IMG/VR virus record: IMGVR_UViG_3300025160_000011
Span: 1-40,983 of that record
DNA from: a virus
Lineage: Duplodnaviria; Caudoviricetes
Direction: 5' to 3' (one strand)
DNA: 40,983 bases
The first letter of the stretch is position 1. Each line of letters begins with the position of its first letter. Of the stretch, positions 34,337 through 40,983 are shown in pieces. Made by a program: the position numbers and the translations under genes. A model generated the notes under the pieces. It had not been told where the DNA came from. It was given only the letters and a program-made list of their open reading frames with translations, and searched no databases.

Positions 34337-34590
34337 TAAGAATTAGGTAATACTGTTACTGGTTCTTTAGTAATTAGTCTAAGAACAATATTAATTCCGT
34401 TTACAATTAGTATAGCCGTTCCAGCAGGAAGCGGAATAACTTGCATTAATTCTGCTGCCGCCGTTAGAATGTTAAACCAGAATACCTTCGACTTGATAAT
34501 ATTCTTTCCCATTTTCTTCTGTCCTTCTTCTATGATTGTGAATAGTTTCTGAAATCGCTTGATTATCTTAATCGTTCGAATAAAATTCAT
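34336..34590 (-). CDS. Holin-like membrane protein
   Basis: KSKVFWFNIL...INIVLRLITKEP; two hydrophobic segments. Confidence 0.55.
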   Translation of the reverse strand: MNFIRTIKIIKRFQKLFTIIEEGQKKMGKNIIKSKVFWFNILTAAAELMQVIPLPAGTAILIVNGINIVLRLITKEPVTVLPNS

Positions 34591-34805
34591 CTCATTAACT
34601 TCGAACTACCGTAACCGAGAATAGTCATAAGCAATGTAGTTCTTCCTTCGCCTGTTAGATTAAATTCTTCTGCTCCAGTCCAAATTGCACTTCCTGCAAC
34701 TAAAGCAAAGATTAAAAAACGCATGCATTCTTTCAATCCTGATTTAATTTCTCTATCAGTCTCAGTAGAACCTAACCAATGGAAGAATCTCCTTAGAAGT
34801 CTCAT
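34587..34805 (-). CDS. Small membrane protein
   Basis: FLIFALVAGSAIW and TLLMTILGYG hydrophobic segments. Confidence 0.5.
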   Translation of the reverse strand: MRLLRRFFHWLGSTETDREIKSGLKECMRFLIFALVAGSAIWTGAEEFNLTGEGRTTLLMTILGYGSSKLMR

Positions 34806-35023
34806 TCCATTTTATCCATTTTATGAAGCATTACTTCAATTAATTTTGTATTATAAGTGATTGAAACTGAATTCTCTTTAACAACTTGCATTAATTGTTC
34901 GGATTGATTCTTCCATAAACTAGTATACATTGCAACATCTTTCCTATAAAACATAAACATCAGAGCAGCGATAGATCCACCAACTCCTAAAGTAGAAAGA
35001 TATTTTATGAATTCAGTATCCAT
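34802..35023 (-). CDS. BhlA-like holin / single-TM protein
   Basis: N-terminal TM (LGVGGSIAALMFMFY) followed by a coiled-coil. Confidence 0.55.
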   Translation of the reverse strand: MDTEFIKYLSTLGVGGSIAALMFMFYRKDVAMYTSLWKNQSEQLMQVVKENSVSITYNTKLIEVMLHKMDKME

Positions 35024-35037
35024 TCTATTCTAGCTTA

Positions 35038-35250
35038 TTAAGAAATAGTTACCGTTGCATTAGCACCATCAATTGTATAAGTAACTGTTCCTATTGAAGC
35101 ATAATCAAAATCGATAATCCGGCCATTAGAGACAATACGAATTATTGATTTATCGATTAAGAATTCAACAGAAGTTACATTACCATAGACTACTGAAGTC
35201 GATTGAATTGCCGGTCCTGTATCAGAAGTTACTGTTGCTGTTGATGGCAT
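35038..35250 (-). CDS. Small beta-rich protein
   Basis: 70 aa, Thr/Val-rich; AGGA RBS. Confidence 0.65.
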   Translation of the reverse strand: MPSTATVTSDTGPAIQSTSVVYGNVTSVEFLIDKSIIRIVSNGRIIDFDYASIGTVTYTIDGANATVTIS

Positions 35251-35270
35251 TTTGTTTTATCCTATTTTAT

Positions 35271-36248
35271 TTATCGTGGGAATGGTATTACTCCTCCATA
35301 CCCGAGAATATCTTGTAGCACCTCACCGCCGGGCACTGATGTTGCTTGCGTAGCCCCAATATCCCATGTTCCAGACCATAGAGTAGCATCAAAATCATCA
35401 TCAAAGGGGAAGACCGCGTCACCTGAGAGATCCGCGCCAAAGTCCTGCGCTCCTGCATCACTCGGTGAAAGATGATATCCATCAGCTTCAAAAGTAAAAG
35501 TCTGGCTAATACGACTACTTGTTCCTGGCGCTGTAGTATCTGAGGAAGCATTATTATTTGCAGTCCCCCAGGTGCCCGCGAAATCGGCCGTGGTATTGGC
35601 GCTGCCTAAACAATTCTTCGCCTCGGGTGTGGTGCTCGTGACATTGAATCCGGTCGCGTTCCCGATGGCCGTACAGTTGTACGCGAAATTACCCGTGTTG
35701 GCTCCAAAATTGAAACCGTTGCTCTTGCAATCACGAATCACGCAATCGATCGCCCCCGACGGGCCGCCGGCGACGTTATAGCCCGTCCCCAACCCCGTGC
35801 CAGCATTCGTGATGTCCTTGATTAACAGCCCAATCGTGTGCCCGGCGCTGTTCTGCCGGATCCCATAGAGTGAGCCCGTAGAATTCCCACCAGACCGAGA
35901 GACTGTGAAGGTGCCGCCACTCTCGTGAGATTGAAAGACGGTGTTGTTTTCGAAGCCGGCCAACACCTGGGTGATCGTCGCATGGGTATAAGCTAGTTCA
36001 AATGCCTCTCCCGGAGCATTTTCTATAATTCGGAAATAACTTGTAGAAGTCGTCGCGTCGGCTACGGCGATGTTACCCTGATTATAACTTGCTGAATCTG
36101 CATACCCTTGGAGGACGTAACTAGTTGTAGTCGCAACTAAATTAACATCTGTCGCCGATTCCCATACCGAGATACTTGTATAATCCCGGCCAGCATTTCC
36201 AAAACTGTTGGTAGTTTCGTTTGTGCCGGTTCTACGTGCGCTAGCCAT
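35271..36248 (-). CDS. Beta-helix (pectin-lyase-like) virion/appendage protein
   Basis: RDYTSIS.WE motif, CVIRDC..NG, YNCTAIGN, KNCLG..N coils, DYHL-like GYHLS, WDIGA.Q; GC-rich DNA. Confidence 0.7.
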   Translation of the reverse strand: MASARRTGTNETTNSFGNAGRDYTSISVWESATDVNLVATTTSYVLQGYADSASYNQGNIAVADATTSTSYFRIIENAPGEAFELAYTHATITQVLAGFENNTVFQSHESGGTFTVSRSGGNSTGSLYGIRQNSAGHTIGLLIKDITNAGTGLGTGYNVAGGPSGAIDCVIRDCKSNGFNFGANTGNFAYNCTAIGNATGFNVTSTTPEAKNCLGSANTTADFAGTWGTANNNASSDTTAPGTSSRISQTFTFEADGYHLSPSDAGAQDFGADLSGDAVFPFDDDFDATLWSGTWDIGATQATSVPGGEVLQDILGYGGVIPFPR

Positions 36249-36249
36249 A

Positions 36250-36759
36250 TTATAATTCTACTGCTGGCCCATGATCAATTAGCAGATCATCAATACGAAT
36301 ACTATGAGACTTCCAGCGTGCTTTTTTCTGTTCAATTGTTTCACTAGTTTCAACATACTGTCTTGGAATCCCATTGACAATAGTAGAAGTTACTTTTGTC
36401 CAAAAAGGCACTCGTCGGGATATACCTGTCCGTGAGTCAGTATCAAGTATAGGTTGGTAATATTCACGTGGATCTCGTGCGCGAACTATATTAAATCCTG
36501 GAATCACTGTTGCAATTGCCAAAAGGGGAATCTGATAGCGTCGCTTTCGTCCATTCCCGGGCTCATCAAGTCTTCCTGCAAGTTCTTCATCAACATCTGC
36601 GCGAATCCAAAGAATATCATAACCTTCTAATAGTCCTATATAGTCAGCACATGGACGCTCGCCTCGAATATCACCCTCTTGACAGCGTGGATGGGGGTAG
36701 GAAACCGTAGCGATTGCAAGATCAACTATCATTCTACCCATATCATAATTAGCTTTCAA
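36250..36759 (-). CDS. Hypothetical protein
   Basis: 169-aa ORF coupled to its neighbours. Confidence 0.7.
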   Translation of the reverse strand: MKANYDMGRMIVDLAIATVSYPHPRCQEGDIRGERPCADYIGLLEGYDILWIRADVDEELAGRLDEPGNGRKRRYQIPLLAIATVIPGFNIVRARDPREYYQPILDTDSRTGISRRVPFWTKVTSTIVNGIPRQYVETSETIEQKKARWKSHSIRIDDLLIDHGPAVEL

Positions 36760-38314
36760 TCGTAAAGTAACTCACGATTACCTTAATAGATCCAGTAGTT
36801 GGCACTTCATTAGTAATTCTCAACTCTTCCCCATCTCCCCCAATTCCAATAATACCTGCACCATTACCTAAAACTATTCCAGAACCAGCAGCAATTCCAG
36901 GATGTGATAATACCATACCAGTTATACTAGCTCCATCTGCTGGCTCTGCTGGAACAGTAGAAGTTCCAAAACCAATTCTAACTCCAACATCAACTGTATT
37001 AGCTTTATCCGCTGCTACAGCAATCATCGTAATTACATATTTAGTTCCTGCACCAATTGCACCTAATATATCATCATTTGTTTGTGCGGTAGTTGCACGG
37101 TATTCAGCTGTAATAATATTTGGATGACCACCAATGACAAATGGAATACCAGCACGATTTGAATATACATTAGTTCTATCAGCCGCAGCTACAGCAGTAG
37201 GATTAGTTCCATGTGCTATAGCTATAGCACCAATTTTAATTGGGTTTCCTGCATCTCCTGTATCATGAGCAATATTACCTTGAACCTGTTGGGCACTAGC
37301 TCCAACCCCCTCAATTGCGGTTTCAATTGCTGCTAAATGAACAACTGCTGGATCATCACTTGCTAATGTTGTTCTTTGTGTTGTAGTTCCTACAGCACCG
37401 GCGCCTGCTGCTACTCCAGCTTGCCCTACAATTGGATTAACTTTAGCTCTATCTGATTCATCCCAATCATCTAGAATTTGTAATGCCGTTGTAATTGCAG
37501 CTAAATTTCCACCAGTTTCAATCGCCGCATTAGAAGGTAATGGTAATGATGCTGCTGAAATTGGAACTGTTCCACTTATTGCTACCGTTGATCCACTTAC
37601 ATCGATCTTATCTGTGGCGAATACTAAATCTCTAATGTCTAAATTAGTAGCTGAAACTGGTTGAGTAACTCCCGATCCATCAACAGGTAATCTACCAGCA
37701 ACGGGAGTATACTGATCTAAACTAGCAACATCAACTTTTCCTAAATCCCTAGTTGGATCATCAGTAACATCAACGGATGATCCTGAAATATCGACTTTAT
37801 CTGTTGCAAAAGCAAGATCCCTAATATCTAAATCAGTAGCCGATACAGGTTGAGTAGCTTGGAAAAATATTCCTGTTACACCAACTCCAGAACTACCACT
37901 TGCATCGACTTTATCCGTAATGAATGTCAGATCTCTGATATCTAGATTAGTTGCATCAACTGTAACCGGCTCAGTAACACTAACTGTTCCACTAACCGGA
38001 ACTGGAGTAGCTCTTAGCTCTACATCTGTTAATGGTCCACTAACTGGAATTGCTGATTGATCCGATGCTACTACTACAGGAAAACTAGCCGTCATCACCT
38101 TCTGACCTAATGAAACTGGCATTCTCTCAAATGCCCATTTTATTAAGCCTCTTAACTTAGATGATAATGTCCCAGTAGCATCCGTTATTACTACAGCATC
38201 AGTAGTAGATCCAGCATTAACATCAGCGCCATCAGCTACAGTAACCGCACCTCCGCCTCCGCCCCCACCTCCTACATCATCAACTTGTGTTACACCATCT
38301 ATCTTTAGGGTCAT
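36749..38314 (-). CDS. Repeat-containing fibre-like protein
   Basis: Poly-Gly linker, many (Q)PVS repeats, three LDIRDL.F.TDK.D.SGS repeats, globular C-terminus. Confidence 0.65.
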   Translation of the reverse strand: MTLKIDGVTQVDDVGGGGGGGGAVTVADGADVNAGSTTDAVVITDATGTLSSKLRGLIKWAFERMPVSLGQKVMTASFPVVVASDQSAIPVSGPLTDVELRATPVPVSGTVSVTEPVTVDATNLDIRDLTFITDKVDASGSSGVGVTGIFFQATQPVSATDLDIRDLAFATDKVDISGSSVDVTDDPTRDLGKVDVASLDQYTPVAGRLPVDGSGVTQPVSATNLDIRDLVFATDKIDVSGSTVAISGTVPISAASLPLPSNAAIETGGNLAAITTALQILDDWDESDRAKVNPIVGQAGVAAGAGAVGTTTQRTTLASDDPAVVHLAAIETAIEGVGASAQQVQGNIAHDTGDAGNPIKIGAIAIAHGTNPTAVAAADRTNVYSNRAGIPFVIGGHPNIITAEYRATTAQTNDDILGAIGAGTKYVITMIAVAADKANTVDVGVRIGFGTSTVPAEPADGASITGMVLSHPGIAAGSGIVLGNGAGIIGIGGDGEELRITNEVPTTGSIKVIVSYFTIES

Positions 38315-38535
38315 TATGCAGAGATTCTAACCCTAGATGGTAGTGAAGCAGGAATAATCTTATTAATCTCTTCATCTAATGTAGCTCTTAATTCAAGAGC
38401 CTTATTAACAGCATTATTATAATCAGTAGTTGCTTTACTCTGTGCAGTTATTGCATTATCTAATGCTGTCTTTTTAGCTTGAACATCATCAAGCGACTTG
38501 TAGAGACTAGAAGATAACTCAGATATCAAAGGCAT
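38314..38535 (-). CDS. Coiled-coil hypothetical protein
   Basis: 73 aa; AGGAG RBS. Confidence 0.7.
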   Translation of the reverse strand: MPLISELSSSLYKSLDDVQAKKTALDNAITAQSKATTDYNNAVNKALELRATLDEEINKIIPASLPSRVRISA

Positions 38536-38545
38536 TTATTTTCTC

Positions 38546-38881
38546 CTAACCATTTGCTACAGCCCAAACACTAACTGTTCCACCAACAATTGCAGTGCTA
38601 ATTCTAGCTCTTAATACAAAAGAAGCACCAGATATACTAACCTTACTAGCTTTACTAGCAGCAGACCATGAAATAGCTGAGCCTTCCGCCGCCCATACTC
38701 CAGAATATCCCGATAAATGAGCAGATTCTATCTGAACCGCTCCTGCTGATGTTCCAGCGCTAAAGACTATATAAAAAGAAATCTCATTAACACTACCAAG
38801 TTCAGTTATTTTAATCTCTTCTGATAGAGTTTCATCAGCAGATTGAGCATCTAGTATTAATTTGAAAAATCTAAATCTCAT
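38546..38881 (-). CDS. Small beta-sandwich protein
   Basis: AGAVQIE...W......LRARI pattern typical of small jelly-roll virion proteins. Confidence 0.65.
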   Translation of the reverse strand: MRFRFFKLILDAQSADETLSEEIKITELGSVNEISFYIVFSAGTSAGAVQIESAHLSGYSGVWAAEGSAISWSAASKASKVSISGASFVLRARISTAIVGGTVSVWAVANG

Positions 38882-38891
38882 TATCTTTCCT

Positions 38892-39260
38892 TTATGGAAT
38901 AATCTTAAGTCCTTGAGGAGGAAGAACTACTGCATAGCTAAACGAAACTACATTAGACTTAGCAGACTCTACCGATCCACTACTAGCTGTTAATGATAGT
39001 GTGTAAGATCCGGGAGTTAATGCGGGTAGTAAACTAGAGCAAGTGAATGGAGAAACTGTTCCAGAACAAGTAACTGTGGTAAATGCTATTCCAACCGTAG
39101 AAGTATTAATATAATACTTATAAGTATAACCCTGAGCAGTAGCTAGATTAGTTGATTCTTGAGTCCATTCTGCTCTTGATCCTATTGTAGCTTGAGCTAT
39201 TGATAATGAAGGTAATCCTATTAAAACTGCGAGTATTAGTGATAATTTCCTAAACATCAA
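38892..39260 (-). CDS. Secreted Fn3/Ig-like protein with Sec signal peptide
   Basis: MFRKLSLILAVLIGLPSLSIA-Q; W...GY.Y.YY...LTPGSYTLSLTA....ESAKSN...PPQGLKI. Confidence 0.7.
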   Translation of the reverse strand: MMFRKLSLILAVLIGLPSLSIAQATIGSRAEWTQESTNLATAQGYTYKYYINTSTVGIAFTTVTCSGTVSPFTCSSLLPALTPGSYTLSLTASSGSVESAKSNVVSFSYAVVLPPQGLKIIP

Positions 39261-39750
39261 TTACCTCATATGATTCCAGTTTCTTTTGATTAGGAGCATG
39301 AAGATGGAGATGGACATTATTTCCATTCGATCTATTCATCCCGCTTACTCTTTCTACAATTCCTGCCATTTGTGATGCAGCACGGGCAATATCAACTTGC
39401 TTCTCAATTCCGCTAGGATTGAATAAATCCAAAGTATCCATTAATTTCGCGATCGCCTTATCAGCAATATTATGCTTAAATGCTAGAATCTCATTTCTAG
39501 TCTCTTCTTTAACATCCATTCCATTACTATATTTACTTAAGCTAGACTCAATAATACCATGAATCGACTTTGCATTACTCGGACCTAATTGAATCGCATC
39601 AATCGCAGCGATTTCTTTTGTTAGTTCATCATGCCCTTCAAAACGTTTTCCAACTTGACTATTAATGACAGTTCCATTATCTTTCGACGGACTAATAATG
39701 TCATGAATCAGAATCTCTTCAACTTCTGAATCGTTAATTACAATTTCCAT
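39250..39750 (-). CDS. Probable terminase small subunit
   Basis: First late gene; HTH-like segment, helical core and C-terminal NNVHLHLHAP...EVIDV strand. Assignment rests on pattern and position only. Confidence 0.4.
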   Translation of the reverse strand: MEIVINDSEVEEILIHDIISPSKDNGTVINSQVGKRFEGHDELTKEIAAIDAIQLGPSNAKSIHGIIESSLSKYSNGMDVKEETRNEILAFKHNIADKAIAKLMDTLDLFNPSGIEKQVDIARAASQMAGIVERVSGMNRSNGNNVHLHLHAPNQKKLESYEVIDV

Positions 39751-39807
39751 ATTACCTTTTATTAATACAGGGTGAAGATTCAGTTCTCCTACACCTTAGA
39801 CAACCTA

Positions 39808-39836
39808 AGTCTAGCACGTCTCGAACTGAATGTCAA
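39808..39836 (-). promoter_or_regulatory. Sigma70-type promoter for the late operon
   Basis: Minus strand TTGACA-N17-TAGACT with extended -10 TG, ~58 nt upstream of ATG 39750. Confidence 0.7.
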
Positions 39837-39869
39837 TGGGGTCTGAAGTTTCAGACTGGACTAATAAGA

Positions 39870-39895
39870 AGAATGAACTAATAGAATGAACTAAT
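39870..39895. repeat. Tandem 13-bp repeat (AGAATGAACTAAT x2)
   Basis: Seen directly. Confidence 0.8.
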
Positions 39896-39956
39896 TAATA
39901 GGATTAGTTAAATTATGGGACCCTTTTATCATAGTGTCCTATTTTCAGGACAGTCC

Positions 39957-39984
39957 TTGACTTGCCTAACATGGGTAGTATAGA
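39957..39984 (+). promoter_or_regulatory. Possible sigma70-type promoter
   Basis: TTGACT-N16-TATAGA; imperfect -10 and no ORF directly downstream. Confidence 0.3.
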
Positions 39985-40231
39985 GTCCCCTAGAACCTCC
40001 TAGAATGCCCCAGGACAAGACTTCCCTCCTCCTCCCTCACTCGTCTACCTGCTCCTAGATCAAAGGCCCTTCAATCTTCACCCTGTAGTTAACAAATTTA
40101 TTTAACTGATAATACATTAGATGGGACCCTATTTCTAACTAGTTAATTATGAGACTCTATTATACTATTTAGCTAAAATCTGTTGATGATCATCACCTTC
40201 TCCCCGATGCAGCGGAGTCCCTTTCTACAGA

Positions 40232-40280
40232 GGGTATATACCCCCCATTGATGTATATCATAAGTGATGTATATCATAAG
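40232..40280. repeat. 12-bp palindrome GGGTATATACCC plus tandem 16-bp repeat TGATGTATATCATAAG x2
   Basis: Palindrome 40232-40243; repeat units 40249-40264 and 40265-40280. Confidence 0.85.
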
Positions 40281-40395
40281 TCATTAGAGTTTAGCTAAGC
40301 CAGACTAATCTCAGATTATCAGAACATAGTCAACTTAGGCGCTTGACTTAAATACTAGATATGGTAGTCAAGAGATTGACGGTGCTAGGAATAGA

Positions 40396-40411
40396 TGGCA
40401 CGAGGAATGCT
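40396..40411 (+). promoter_or_regulatory. Sigma54-type (-24/-12) promoter candidate
   Basis: TGGCACGAGGAATGCT = GG-N10-GC, close to TGGCACG-N4-TTGCW; ~33 nt upstream of ATG 40444. Confidence 0.55.
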
Positions 40412-40443
40412 ACTGTAATGTAGTGGAAAGTAGAGGGACTCTA

Positions 40444-40644
40444 ATGAGAACATTAGAACAGCTTGCCCAGCATGCGATAAGCTTAATCACCGCATGTGAG
40501 GCAGACGGCATAAAGGTTACAGACGGAAACGTAGTTGATCTGATAGCAGACAATACAGGTGATGCAGAGCTGGCAGATATTCGGCGGGCGCTGATTATTG
40601 CTGGCTACTCTGTCCGATTTCCTCTAGCAACTAAACAACGGTAA
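40444..40644 (+). CDS. Hypothetical early protein
   Basis: GAGGG RBS before ATG 40444; MRTLEQLAQHAISL... Confidence 0.65.
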   Translation: MRTLEQLAQHAISLITACEADGIKVTDGNVVDLIADNTGDAELADIRRALIIAGYSVRFPLATKQR

Positions 40645-40705
40645 CAATCAATTCGCCGTGGCACGTTCGGAGGAACTAATCATGTGTCGAGTGAGGTAAC
40701 AGAAT

Positions 40706-40889
40706 ATGAAACTTCCATCCGCGTCTACGCCCAACACTTCCACACTGTGACTTGTGCGAAGCGATTGAGAGACTATATAGAATAACCGCTTGCACACTAG
40801 AGGGGGAAATCTTAGATACAAAGAAAGTATGCAGAGAATGTTTACAAGTGGTTGGTGAATATCTCGTATTAGGAGCGGAGAAGAAATGA
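40706..40889 (+). pseudogene. Frameshifted Zn-finger ORF (pseudogene, sequence error or recoding)
   Basis: The GAGGT RBS + ATG 40706 frame stops after 14 codons; the +1 frame reads HCDLC...VCREC...KK and ends in an ATGA overlap with the next gene. Confidence 0.4.
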
Positions 40890-40983
40890 CAAAATTCAAA
40901 GCCTGCCCCATCTGCTACTATCGCTACTCCACAAAGCGCTCGCACTGTCCCACTTGTGGAGCGAAGGAACTAGAGAACGGATC
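40886..40983 (+). CDS. Zn-ribbon early protein (3'-truncated)
   Basis: GGAG RBS; MTKFKACPICYYRYSTKRSHCPTCGAKELENG... Confidence 0.6.
   Translation, partial: MTKFKACPICYYRYSTKRSHCPTCGAKELENG

Larger units (their letters stand above)
39766..40087. repeat. 15-bp perfect inverted repeat (TACAGGGTGAAGATT / AATCTTCACCCTGTA)
   Basis: Arms at 39766-39780 and 40073-40087. Confidence 0.85.

Noticed and set aside
13330-36710. Plus-strand and nested ORFs across the late arm (13330, 24037, 24239, 24620, 27642, 27704, 29288, 29804, 30716, 31692, 33328, 34096, 35288, 35572, 36510)
   Set aside because: They overlap longer, well-supported minus-strand genes and have no independent coding evidence.
40659-40675. 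Second TGGCACG as a sigma54 site
   Set aside because: GG rather than GC at the -12 position.
40648-40945. Minus-strand ORFs 40648-40911 and 40676-40945
   Set aside because: Plus-strand frames with RBSs and CxxC motifs explain the region better.

Overview
This window is most of the genome of an AT-rich, podovirus-like tailed dsDNA phage, with both ends cutting through early genes. The + arm (1-12066) holds replication, recombination and accessory genes: an SprT-like/SNF2 fusion, many Cys-rich microproteins, a Cas4-like nuclease, a Sak4-like ATPase, a probable SSB, a UDG-PolA fusion, a DUF3987-like helicase, a DHH phosphoesterase, a cold-shock protein, tRNA-Leu(TAA) and a MazG-like protein. 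The - arm (12019-39750) is the late operon: probable TerS, an accessory virion block, holin-like genes, TerL, portal, scaffold, major capsid, adaptor, nozzle, fibres, an M15 endolysin and ejection proteins. A repeat-rich control region (39751-40440) separates the arms. No integrase, primase, RNA polymerase or CRISPR array was recognised. The best leads are: (1) two covarying copies of a ~35-nt H-type pseudoknot motif, one before the SSB-like gene and one just after the capsid/decoration genes; (2) a 170-nt structured RNA after the SSB-like gene; (3) a 15-bp inverted repeat around candidate divergent promoters, plus a sigma54-type promoter for the early genes; (4) a PolA with His/Leu at the F762/Y766 positions, fused to an atypical UDG domain. 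All calls come from motif reading by eye; no database searches were run.
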